Source: Desulfatiglandales bacterium
GTDB taxonomy: Bacteria; Desulfobacterota; DSM-4660; Desulfatiglandales; Desulfatiglandaceae
DNA length: 64,000 nucleotides
Assembly: GCA_963666345.1 (NCBI GenBank)
Contig: OY762721.1
Span: 2,656,001 to 2,720,000 of the forward strand
Reading direction: 5' to 3'
The notes beneath the pieces were generated by a model. That model did not search any database, had not been told where the DNA came from, and saw nothing but the letters and a program-made list of their open reading frames with translations. Shown here one piece after another: positions 39,230 to 48,354 of this stretch (the stretch's first letter is position 1; each line of letters opens with the position of its first letter). Position numbers and translations under genes: made by a program.

Positions 39230-41233
39230 TTAGCCCTCATCTTGTTTTTCCGGGAGTCCTGAAGGAGGTTCACAGGGAAGGGTAATAAAAAAAGAGGCGC
39301 CTTGATCGACCTGACTCTTGATATCTATGGTGCCCCCATGGTCCTGCACGTTTTGGTGCACGATAAAGAGGCCCAGGCCCGTACCATTATGGATCGTGCT
39401 TTTGTGTTTTGTAGTGAAATAGGGATCGAAAACCTTTTCTATCATCTCCTCGGAAATCCCGGTCCCGTTGTCTCTGACCTCGATGTTTATGCAATTATTT
39501 CCATCTTTATCCATCGATTTTTTTGTAATAATTTTGATTTGACCTCCTTCCGGGGTAAAATCAAGGGCATTTGAAAGAAGATTCAGTATAACCTGTTTTA
39601 TCTTCTCCGGATCTATCCATATAAGAGCTATGTCCGGATCAAAATTACTTACGACACTTATCCTCTTGCCTTTGCTTTGAGGCGAGACAAGGAGTATCAT
39701 TTTGTCTATAACTTCATGTATATCGCTGAATTTATATAACGGTTTATTGGTTTTTACGAGTTCAAGCAGTTCCGTTATCAGATTGTTTACCCTGTCGGTT
39801 TCTTCCATGGCGATGCCGTAGAAATCGGTTCTGAATTCCTCATCGTCAAATTTCTGGGGAAGCATCTGAATGAATGTGCGGATGGATGTGAGAGGATTTT
39901 TTATCTCATGAGCAAGCCTGGCCGAAAGGTTGCCGAGAAAAGAAAATTTCTCTGCCCTGCTCAAAAGCGCATGAGACCGCTTGAGTTCGTGCATCTGCTC
40001 CTGAAGGGTGCTGTAAAGTCGGGCATTTTCTATTGCTATGGCTATCTGTGGTCCGAACACCTCGAGTGTCTCCCTGGTTTCTTCAGGTAACCCATCCGAA
40101 CTTATGGCGTCCGTGGCTATAACACCTATAACCTTGGACCTTGTTATCAGAGGAACAACATACACCGAAGAAGGTTTTCCATGGGCAAGAACAATATTCT
40201 CCCGCCTCAGAGAGGACCTTTCCACGTGGGATATATACTCCGGTCTGCCGGTGCTGGCGACCCTGGCAAGGATATTGCTGACCCTGTCAAGGGGCACCTC
40301 ATATTCTTTTATGACCTCCGGCACGTCTCCTTTAAATCCCACGCCATGTATATATTGCAGACATCCGGCTTCCTTGTTTACCAGCATTATCATGGCACGG
40401 TTTATACTGCATACATTCGAGAGGATATTCATGATAACCGTAAGCACCTTGTCCAGATCAAGTACCGAAATGATGGCCTTGCCTGTTTCCTGAATGGCAA
40501 GAAGCTGCTTTATCTTATAATTGAGGTCCTCATTAAGACGATTTACCTCTTCATATTTTTGTTCGATTACCTTTTTATCTTTCTCCATCTCATCGATTGT
40601 TTCCATGAGTACCGATTTAGAGGTATAGAATCTAGAGAGGATCTCATGGAGAAGGTTCCTGATCGGCCATCTGATATGATATTCACAAAAGGGGGCTCCT
40701 TCAAAATAACAGGCCTTTTCGATCAGGGTAATCGGATTGCCGCCCCAGATAAGAGGCATAAACGTATACGCCCCCTGATTGTATAGGCATATGTCTTTGG
40801 AAACATCCATTTGGGGATCCCAATGGAGCCTGATAATCGCCCTGTTTCTTTTTATTTCAACCAGCTCAATCCTTTTACTTATGTTCCACTTGTCATTTAT
40901 CTTCTGAAGGCTCTTAAGCCCTTTTTTGATGGACCAGAACGCCTTTACGATAATGCCCTGCGCATACCCGAGTTCCGCGTTTTCAGCAGCATATCTGGCT
41001 ATCTTGTATGCGGCATTTTCATCTTTGAGCAAGGTCCTTGTGCGCTCATAAAGTTTTGATATCACAGTGCAGGATATCCAGTTATTGGGGTCCCTTAAAA
41101 ACTCCAGCGGGTCATCAAAGGCATCTATTTCAGGATCAAGACCTTTTAGAAAAGGGGAAAGATCTCCATCATAATGTGCCTCTAAATAATTGAGGATTAC
41201 TCTTGAATTTATACAGCTCGTTTCCCTTTTCAT
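39230..41233 (-). CDS. Soluble sensor histidine kinase: H-NOX/V4R-like N-terminal domain, coiled coil, GAF, HisKA, HATPase
   Basis: AHEIKNPL H-box, NLLSNA, DNGTG, FDPYFTTK, GTGLGL; GAF with IAIAIENARLY; N-domain ends C..(GA)..CYFEGAPFCEYHIRW; no obvious TM segment. Confidence 0.9.
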   Translation of the reverse strand: MKRETSCINSRVILNYLEAHYDGDLSPFLKGLDPEIDAFDDPLEFLRDPNNWISCTVISKLYERTRTLLKDENAAYKIARYAAENAELGYAQGIIVKAFWSIKKGLKSLQKINDKWNISKRIELVEIKRNRAIIRLHWDPQMDVSKDICLYNQGAYTFMPLIWGGNPITLIEKACYFEGAPFCEYHIRWPIRNLLHEILSRFYTSKSVLMETIDEMEKDKKVIEQKYEEVNRLNEDLNYKIKQLLAIQETGKAIISVLDLDKVLTVIMNILSNVCSINRAMIMLVNKEAGCLQYIHGVGFKGDVPEVIKEYEVPLDRVSNILARVASTGRPEYISHVERSSLRRENIVLAHGKPSSVYVVPLITRSKVIGVIATDAISSDGLPEETRETLEVFGPQIAIAIENARLYSTLQEQMHELKRSHALLSRAEKFSFLGNLSARLAHEIKNPLTSIRTFIQMLPQKFDDEEFRTDFYGIAMEETDRVNNLITELLELVKTNKPLYKFSDIHEVIDKMILLVSPQSKGKRISVVSNFDPDIALIWIDPEKIKQVILNLLSNALDFTPEGGQIKIITKKSMDKDGNNCINIEVRDNGTGISEEMIEKVFDPYFTTKHKSTIHNGTGLGLFIVHQNVQDHGGTIDIKSQVDQGASFFITLPCEPPSGLPEKQDEG

Positions 41234-41257
41234 ATGGCGTTCATTTTCCAGTGACTT

Positions 41258-42796
41258 TTAATAAGGCAAAATACGGGTATTCCTCTGGGCTGAAACCAGC
41301 CCTTTGTATCTGGAAGAAAGTTGAGGTAATTTCGTTCTGAAATGCGCGAGGGCTTCGCCGCGCACATTCATAATTTCTCTGGAGCTGTCCATGTAGCAGC
41401 TGTCAGGTATTATCTCGTCCTTGAGGCTTAATACCGGAAGCCTGAAAAAGGGCATAAGCCTCAAAAGGGTGTTCTTTAATTTAGGTGTGTAGTTGGATAG
41501 TGAGAAAATCTGCTTTGTGTAGGATTGTACGGTATCGAAGTCAAGGTCCTTTGACGGCTTTCTAACTGTATTCATGCCAAATACACCGTCATCATCGAAT
41601 ACAACGTCGGGTATGGACAGGGCAAGCCTGTGGATATTCGTCTTGGGATATACCTGGCATTCCCCGATCTTGAAAATGTATCCACCCTCTCCTCCGTATT
41701 TTGACAGTTCATGGGCAAAAGCGAGGCTTTTCTCGAGGTCCCTTTCAGTATCCCCAGGGTAGCCGGCGATCATGAAAACAAGCAGAGGAATTTCATTTCT
41801 GGCCGCTTCCCTGAAAATTTTAATCGTATTGGAGATGTAATGTTCATAATGGGCCTTGTCCCTGACCTTGTTCATCCGCTTCAAGGTGTCATAACTAGCT
41901 GATTCAAAGCCCAGAGCGAACATGCCGCAGGTATCGGCTATTTCAGATATCCTGGAAGATTCCATAACATCGCAACGGGTTTCAAAGTTTACCTTCATCC
42001 CCAGGGATTTAATGAACGGAAACATTCCGAAAGACCTGAAAAGTGCGTCGCTTACCAGGAGTGTGTGACTGCTGCTGCGGGCCGAGATGTTTTCCAGGTC
42101 TTTATAGACGATTTGCTCCGGGACGGCTATCCTTGTCGGCCTTATGAATTCTTCCATGCAGAAATTGCATTGAAAAGGGCAGCCTCTGCTGAAGGAATAT
42201 GGAAGGATTTCATATGATCCGGGATTTCTCAGAAAATCAAGGTTCAAGACCGCCTTGTTTTTGAGATCAAATCTAGCCCCCCTTTTTGTCGTCCTTATTT
42301 CATCTCCCTCTTTCCAGGCAAGACTTTCTATGTTTTCTTTCCTTGGGTCTTTTCCCTTCTCAAGTAAGGAGATGATCTCGAGGGAAGGTGCCTCGCCTTC
42401 ACCTACTACTATCAGGTCCAGGGAGGATGTCCTTTTCAGTATGTCCTCGTAGTATATAGTTGGAAAATATCCTCCCATAAAGGTGAAGATGTCAGGGTCC
42501 TTTCTCTTGATGTGCTCACAAAGGGTGATCGCCTCTTCGGCCTGAGAAATTGCTGTACAGGAAATTCCGACGCCTCTGGGTTTCGCCTTGCACAGTTCAA
42601 TCGATATATCCGAGTAGAGGTTGTTTCTGGCGTCTTCACTGAGAGGGAGGCCATAGTCAATAGGTACCGAGATGACTTCAATATCGATTTTCGGGAGGTT
42701 TTTTTTAACAAAGCTCGCAATCTCCATTATCGGAAGGGGATAAGCCGGAACGTACATGCCTATATTTTTAGAAATAGGTTCGATAAATGTAATCAA
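41258..42796 (-). CDS. B12-binding-domain radical SAM protein (class B methyltransferase-like)
   Basis: PLPIMEIAS, VGISC, GGYFPT, VVGEGE, SRGCPFQCNFC, GFESAS, IAGYPGDT. Confidence 0.9.
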   Translation of the reverse strand: MITFIEPISKNIGMYVPAYPLPIMEIASFVKKNLPKIDIEVISVPIDYGLPLSEDARNNLYSDISIELCKAKPRGVGISCTAISQAEEAITLCEHIKRKDPDIFTFMGGYFPTIYYEDILKRTSSLDLIVVGEGEAPSLEIISLLEKGKDPRKENIESLAWKEGDEIRTTKRGARFDLKNKAVLNLDFLRNPGSYEILPYSFSRGCPFQCNFCMEEFIRPTRIAVPEQIVYKDLENISARSSSHTLLVSDALFRSFGMFPFIKSLGMKVNFETRCDVMESSRISEIADTCGMFALGFESASYDTLKRMNKVRDKAHYEHYISNTIKIFREAARNEIPLLVFMIAGYPGDTERDLEKSLAFAHELSKYGGEGGYIFKIGECQVYPKTNIHRLALSIPDVVFDDDGVFGMNTVRKPSKDLDFDTVQSYTKQIFSLSNYTPKLKNTLLRLMPFFRLPVLSLKDEIIPDSCYMDSSREIMNVRGEALAHFRTKLPQLSSRYKGLVSAQRNTRILPY

Positions 42797-42811
42797 GGGG
42801 TTTTCTCCTGT

Positions 42812-43791
42812 TTAAGATGTCCTTTCGACGGCAGTTTTCAGTATAGGTACAGGTCTGTTTATGCTCAAGGCCTTTTCGTTTAATTGCGAAGATGTAATCG
42901 TGAAATAATTTTTCCATTGATACCACTGTTCAGGATGCAGGTATATATAATGCTCCATAAGGCTGAGAACCTTTTCCCCCACTGACGACTGGGCAGGAAG
43001 GTTACCCGGAATTTTTATCCCGTCGTTGCATCGGTGAATTATCATCCTATAACTGTCAAGATTATATCTGTGCAATAAACCGAAAACTATTTCCGCTCCG
43101 GTTCTCCTGTGAATGATATTTATGGTTCTGTCAAGCCCGGTTATTTGACCCAGAAAGGAAATGTTCTTGTGGGGGGAAGGTCTCCACTCTTCTATTTCAT
43201 CGCATTCCGTAATAAGCACTCGATTTTCCTTTAATTCATTTAGAGCGGACTTAATGACGTTGCCGCAGTTTTCAGCATCAACTACCCTGATGCCGTATTT
43301 TTCAGCCTGCGAAAAGACTTTTTTTTTAACTGCGCAGTCTTGAATTTGGCGATAATGGAGACTGGGAAATGGTTTGTTGCGAGGAGCACCGGTATGAATT
43401 CAATGGCGCCGTAGTGTCCGGTAACCAGTATGACGCCCTTTTTTTCAACAAGTTTTTCTCTTATTATCTCCAGCTCATCGGTTATGACATGCCTTTTGAG
43501 AAACCCTGATGCGGCAGAAGGTTTTTCAAAGGCTATAAACATTTTTTCATAATAGTGAGAAAGTATGCCGTCAAAGACCTTTTTCTTGATATAAGAAAGA
43601 CTCCCCGTCCTCCCCTTTTTCTCCAATGCCTTTGAAACCGCGTCCTCAATGGATTTCTTCTCTTTCCTGTTGAAAAAGAAATGAAGTCTGCCTAGAAAGA
43701 ATACCAGATTCCGCGCCCTGTTCCAGCCCATAAAAAGGTATAGCTTGATGTTGCACTTCAGTTGAATTAGGGAACTAAGATTTAACCTCAT
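42812..43791 (-). CDS. LpxL/lysophospholipid-type acyltransferase split by a -1 frameshift at an A9 run (about 326 aa if joined)
   Basis: 5' ORF (TGHYGAIE motif) and 3' ORF (PEQWYQW) join through the open -1 frame VFSQAEKYGIRVVDAENCGNVIKSALNELKENRVLITECD after TTA-AAA-AAA-AAG at 43318-43329; GGAGG RBS before ATG 43791. Confidence 0.85.
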
Positions 43792-43986
43792 GAAAATTAC
43801 CTCCAATTTTTATAGAATTTTAAAAAATAGAAAGATTTAAAATACAGGTTTCAATTAAAAAATATTATTTTAATAAAACTAAACGATATGATATTTGACT
43901 TAGAAGATTTAATTGTAAAAGTAGTTAAAAATAATTCTATTAAAATAAATATGCAATAAAAAAAATTACTCAGAAATATAAGAAAA

Positions 43987-44002
43987 TACAATATTCGTGC
44001 CA
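43987..44002 (-). promoter_or_regulatory. Sigma54 (-24/-12) promoter of the acyltransferase operon
   Basis: Minus strand TGGCAC-GAATA-TTGTA (GG-N10-GT; one deviation at -12). Confidence 0.65.
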
Positions 44003-44174
44003 TAAAAAGATGGTGATTTTCGGAACATAGGAGATGAAACGAGAGGATATCGCCTGGTATCGGTAGTAAGAGGTTATTCCGGGGGTCGGCGAAGTTTGAA
44101 TCCGGGATATTTGGAGGCGGAATCATGCCGTATTTTAAAATAGAAGTGGATTCGAGAAGGTTTTTAACCCGTAC

Positions 44175-44238
44175 ATGCACATTTTTATGTGCATTGATGC
44201 ACATTTTTATGTGCATTGATGCACATTTTTATGTGCAT
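44175..44238. repeat. Three tandem 20-bp palindromes ATGCACAT-TTTT-ATGTGCAT with 22-bp period; candidate enhancer (UAS)
   Basis: Exact copies at 44175-44194, 44197-44216 and 44219-44238, separated by TG. Confidence 0.95.
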
Positions 44239-44323
44239 CAATGCCTGTTATTTTAGCGGTCCGGAAAGTGAAAATGCTTGAAGGGCCTTTATTTCTATGG
44301 TGTTATATATTTTTTGGAATATA

Positions 44324-44339
44324 AGGCACCCTATTTGCA
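44324..44339 (+). promoter_or_regulatory. Sigma54 (-24/-12) promoter of the response regulator
   Basis: AGGCAC-CCTAT-TTGCA (GG-N10-GC). Confidence 0.7.
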
Positions 44340-44515
44340 GTTTCAGGTTCAGGATAACTGTAAATCGGATTTTGACCCTACGGGTCTATGGGTCCTCTTG
44401 TAAAGGCAAGTTGGAGAAGAACCGGAATAAGATGTAAAAATGATGGTAGCTTTTTTGTCATACTAATACCTGGAGCGGTTTGATTGCCGTAACATCTTGG
44501 AAATCAAAGAGAATC

Positions 44516-45865
44516 ATGAAAAATAAAAAAGCTGTAGTTCTTGTTGTTGACGATGAAAAAGGGGTGCGTCAGTCTTTTAAGATGGTCTTAAAGGATGATT
44601 ACACTGTTTTTCTGGCTGAAAGCGAAGAAGAGGCGATCGATCTCTTTAAAAAGAAATCGATTGATCTGGTCCTCCTTGATATCCGGTTGCAGGATGCCGA
44701 TGGGATAGAGTTGTTGCAGAAATTCAGGGAGCTGGATCCCAATGTCGAGATTATAATGGTTACCGCTGTTAAGGAGATACAGACCGCGGTAAGGGCGATC
44801 AAGCTGGGGGCCTATGAGTATGTAATAAAACCGTTCAATGTCGACGATGTGTTGACCATCATAAACCGGGCGCTTGAAAAACGGAGTCTTTTAAGACAAT
44901 TAAGCTATCTGAAAGGGGAACTCGAGCACTTCAAGCCGTTTGAAAAGATGGTGGGAAATGACGTAAAGATGAGAGAGGTCTTTGAACTTATATCGTCTGT
45001 GGCTGAAAGCAGCGGTTCGGTCCTTATTCAGGGTGAGAGCGGAACGGGAAAGGAACTGGTGGCCAGGGCCATTCATAATCTGAGCCCGAGAAGGGACCAG
45101 CCTTTTGTTGTTATCAACTGTGCCGCCATACCAGCGACTCTGATGGAGAGTCAACTCTTCGGCCATACCAAGGGCGCGTTCACGGGTGCGACCAGTACAA
45201 CAACCGGAAAGATGGAGATCGCAAACAGGGGAACGGCCTTCCTGGATGATGTCGATACCCTTGATACAGGCATGCAGGCAAAGCTTTTAAGGGTACTTCA
45301 GGAAAAGGAGATCGAGAGACTCGGCAGCACAAAACTCATAAAGGCGGACGTACGTTTCGTGGCCGCTTCCAACAAGGATCTCGAAAATTATATTGAAGAG
45401 GGGAAATTTCGTGAGGATTTTTATTACAGATTAAACGTGTTTCCGGTCAAGGTGCCGCCTCTAAGGGAACGTATATCCGATATACCCTTACTCATTGATC
45501 ATTTTCTCAAGACTAATGCAAGAAACGGTAAGATGGCTAAAAAGAAATTTTCAAAAGGTGCCATAAAGATATTGAAGCAGTATGAGTGGCCGGGAAATGT
45601 AAGAGAATTGCAAAACATGGTCGAAAGACTTTCAACGGTAACCAAGGGCCCTGTAATTCATTCCGCAGACCTTTCCGGATTGAGTATAACGAAAAAGGAG
45701 CCTGAGAAAAAAAATCTGAAAAATGCCGTCTACGATTTTGAAAAACAGTATATTATCGCGGCCCTTGAGCAGGCGGATGGAAGCAAGAAAAAGGCCGCTG
45801 AACTGCTTGGAATTCATAGAAATACACTCCTAATAAAGATGACTCAGTACGATCTCCAAACCTGA
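44516..45865 (+). CDS. Sigma54-dependent response regulator (REC-AAA+-Fis HTH; NtrC/AtoC family)
   Basis: VVDDE, LLDI, GESGTGKE, GAFTGA, FREDFYYRLNV, WPGNVREL, AAELLGIHRNTL. Confidence 0.96.
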   Translation: MKNKKAVVLVVDDEKGVRQSFKMVLKDDYTVFLAESEEEAIDLFKKKSIDLVLLDIRLQDADGIELLQKFRELDPNVEIIMVTAVKEIQTAVRAIKLGAYEYVIKPFNVDDVLTIINRALEKRSLLRQLSYLKGELEHFKPFEKMVGNDVKMREVFELISSVAESSGSVLIQGESGTGKELVARAIHNLSPRRDQPFVVINCAAIPATLMESQLFGHTKGAFTGATSTTTGKMEIANRGTAFLDDVDTLDTGMQAKLLRVLQEKEIERLGSTKLIKADVRFVAASNKDLENYIEEGKFREDFYYRLNVFPVKVPPLRERISDIPLLIDHFLKTNARNGKMAKKKFSKGAIKILKQYEWPGNVRELQNMVERLSTVTKGPVIHSADLSGLSITKKEPEKKNLKNAVYDFEKQYIIAALEQADGSKKKAAELLGIHRNTLLIKMTQYDLQT

Positions 45866-46005
45866 TCGGTTTCCATCCTGAAACCGTGGAATTCCGGATG
45901 GAGGAGCACCCGGCAAGGGATGTGTTGAACCTTTCCGCCGGAAGACGGGAAAATAATCGATCCGGGCTCAACCTTCCGCCGATTTTCTCCGCGCAAACCA
46001 GAATA

Positions 46006-46025
46006 ATGCACATAAAACTGTGCAT
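46006..46025. promoter_or_regulatory. Fourth copy of the 20-bp palindrome (ATGCACATAAAACTGTGCAT)
   Basis: 19/20 match to the reverse complement of the 44175 unit, extended by AATA..TATT; about 205 bp upstream of a sigma54 promoter. Confidence 0.8.
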
Positions 46026-46229
46026 TATTTTTATCCCCTGTATGTAGGCGGTAAATCTTCATTCTAGGTCTTAAGTAGATATATTTCTGCCTTTTCTTTT
46101 GTACGCATAAAGGCTCTCATCGTAACTTCCTGATAATACCTTATTTTTTTATGCTGATTTTTGAAGGAGCCTCAAAAAATACCGGGAATTTACAGAGGTA
46201 ATCCAGGTAGTTTTTATTCTTTCGTGCTA

Positions 46230-46245
46230 TGGCATGCCAATTGCA
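46230..46245 (+). promoter_or_regulatory. Sigma54 (-24/-12) promoter of the hybrid kinase
   Basis: TGGCAT-GCCAA-TTGCA (GG-N10-GC). Confidence 0.75.
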
Positions 46246-46371
46246 TTACGTATTTATGCTGTGCTGAAAATAAAAGCCGAATTACCTGCAGGCCTGAATT
46301 GCCTGGACCTGTGCGGCCGGTGTAAATCCCAGAAGCGCTTTAGCCCTGAAAACCAGCAGAAAAGGAAGACT

Positions 46372-47646
46372 ATGGAAAAGGATATTGTCAAAAACCTGGA
46401 ACGAGAAAACAGCAGTCTGAGGAAAGAAATCCGGGAGCTCAGAATCGAAAGGAAAAATAATAGGACACTTGAGGAACAACTGAAGCACGCCCAGAAAATG
46501 GAAGCGGTTGCCAATATCGCGGGTGGAATTGCGCATGATTTCAATAATATCCTGCAGTCGATTATGGGACACACCCAGATTGCGCTTATACAGCCGGATC
46601 TGGATAAGGGGATCAAGAAGACCCTCTTTCAGATTGAGGAGATCATAAAAAAAGGCAGCAGCCTGACCGGGCAGTTGCTTACCTTTGGAAGAAAAGGAAA
46701 TACCAAAAAAAGACCACTTGATCTGAACAAAAAGATCAGGGAGATAAAAAAACTGCTCGGAAGGACTATCCCCAAAATGATAGACGTGGACCTGCTCCTT
46801 TCGGACGATCTGGGAATGATCAATGCCGATGAAGGCCAGATAGATCAGGTATTAATGAATCTCAGCCTTAATGCCAAGGATGCCATGCCGGAAGGGGGGG
46901 AACTTATTTTCAGGACGGAAAACGTCAATCTCAGTGAGGACGGCGTGCTTGCCTATCTGAATGGGAAGCCGGGTGAGCATGTCCTTTTGAGCATCTCGGA
47001 CAACGGGTGCGGTATGGCCCAGGATGTCCTGAATCATATCTTTGAACCCTTTTTCACTACCAAGGAAGGCAGCAAGGGCACCGGACTCGGCCTTTCAATG
47101 GTTTATGCCATAGTGAAAAGCCATGACGGTTTTGTTTACTGCTCAAGTAAGGAGGGGGAAGGTTCCACTTTCAAGCTTTACTTTCCTTTGTTAAGAGAAA
47201 ACGGAATCAGGTTGGACCTGGATGGTGAAAAGGGGAAAAGATGCGTTTCCGGGGGCTCGGAGACGATTATGATGGTGGATGACGAAGCCGATATACTGAA
47301 AGTGTGGAAAGAAATCCTTGAAGATTACGGATACAGGGTCCTGACCGCACTGTCCGGAGAAGAAGCGATAGATAAATTCACAAGAAATAATGTGGAGGTT
47401 ACGGTTCTTGATATCGGCATGCCCGGTATGGGAGGAATGAGGTGCCTGAAAGAACTAATCTCTTATAAAAAGGATACAAAGGTTATCATCAGCAGCGGCT
47501 ATCGTATCGGTGGAAATGAGAAAACCGGTCTGATGGATGATGTGAATGCATTCCTCTTAAAACCCTATACGGTTGAAGATTTTCTTTCCACAATAAGAGG
47601 TGTGCTGGAAACGGAGGCGTATTTCGAGGTATCAGCCAACCGGTGA
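46372..47646 (+). CDS. Hybrid histidine kinase (HisKA-HATPase-REC) without a sensory domain
   Basis: QKMEA..AGGIAHDFNNIL, NLSLNAKDAM, FEPFFTTK, GTGLGL, C-terminal REC (VDDE, LDIGMP); AAGGA RBS. The track start at 46234 lies inside the promoter. Confidence 0.92.
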   Translation: MEKDIVKNLERENSSLRKEIRELRIERKNNRTLEEQLKHAQKMEAVANIAGGIAHDFNNILQSIMGHTQIALIQPDLDKGIKKTLFQIEEIIKKGSSLTGQLLTFGRKGNTKKRPLDLNKKIREIKKLLGRTIPKMIDVDLLLSDDLGMINADEGQIDQVLMNLSLNAKDAMPEGGELIFRTENVNLSEDGVLAYLNGKPGEHVLLSISDNGCGMAQDVLNHIFEPFFTTKEGSKGTGLGLSMVYAIVKSHDGFVYCSSKEGEGSTFKLYFPLLRENGIRLDLDGEKGKRCVSGGSETIMMVDDEADILKVWKEILEDYGYRVLTALSGEEAIDKFTRNNVEVTVLDIGMPGMGGMRCLKELISYKKDTKVIISSGYRIGGNEKTGLMDDVNAFLLKPYTVEDFLSTIRGVLETEAYFEVSANR

Positions 47647-47661
47647 GCCGTGCGGCGGACC

Positions 47662-48273
47662 TTATCCCAAAGCTTTCCTGTAACCCTCGGCAAGGAGGAC
47701 ATTTACACGCACCACGCCCCGGTTTATGTCCTTGAGAGGATAGTCATCGGAGATCTGCGGCATGCCGTCCGCTTTTCCCTGTTCTTTCAATATAGTCCCT
47801 GCCGGGACATATCTGCCTGCCGGGACCGATACCCCCATTATATGGCATCCCGGTTCAATTACAGCCCCGCGTCCGACCAGGCTCCTGAATATAAATGATT
47901 TCATCCCGATAAAGGTCCCGTCCCCTATAAGGCTTGGACCGTGTATCTGGGCCTGGTGGGCCAGCGATACCCTGGAGCCGATAAATACGGAATATTTCCC
48001 GCCGTCCGCTTCGACCATGTTTTCGTCGATTGCCAAGCCGTCATGTTCGGTTTCAAGGCCGTGAATTACAACCCCTTCCTGGACGTTTGAATCGTCTCCC
48101 ACAAATATGGGCTGGCCTTCATCACCCCGTATGGAGGCAAAAGGCGCAACCATTACCCTCTTTCCGATCGAGATATTGCCGATTGCCGCCGCAAGAGGGT
48201 GGATGAATGCGGAAGGATCAATAACCGGTGTATGGACACCGGAAAAGTCGGTCTTTACGTTGTCATGTATCAT
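47662..48273 (-). CDS. Gamma-class carbonic anhydrase (Cam/CcmM N-terminal-like)
   Basis: Hexapeptide repeats, ASIRGDEG, SNVQEGVVIH, SLAHQAQIHGP metal-binding histidines. Confidence 0.88.
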   Translation of the reverse strand: MIHDNVKTDFSGVHTPVIDPSAFIHPLAAAIGNISIGKRVMVAPFASIRGDEGQPIFVGDDSNVQEGVVIHGLETEHDGLAIDENMVEADGGKYSVFIGSRVSLAHQAQIHGPSLIGDGTFIGMKSFIFRSLVGRGAVIEPGCHIMGVSVPAGRYVPAGTILKEQGKADGMPQISDDYPLKDINRGVVRVNVLLAEGYRKALG

Positions 48274-48354
48274 ATCCCGCCTTTTGAGATTCAAGGAAAC
48301 ATTAGGTATGGAAAATCCCCTCGATATCCGATTACGGCCGATATCTTAAAGGCA

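Noticed and set aside
43851..44216. 121-aa ORF across the regulatory region
   Set aside because: Low-complexity translation of AT tracts and the tandem palindrome; overlaps the promoter.
44175..44238. Palindromic direct repeats as a mini CRISPR array
   Set aside because: Units are separated by only 2 nt, with no spacers and no cas genes; the position between sigma54 promoters fits an enhancer.
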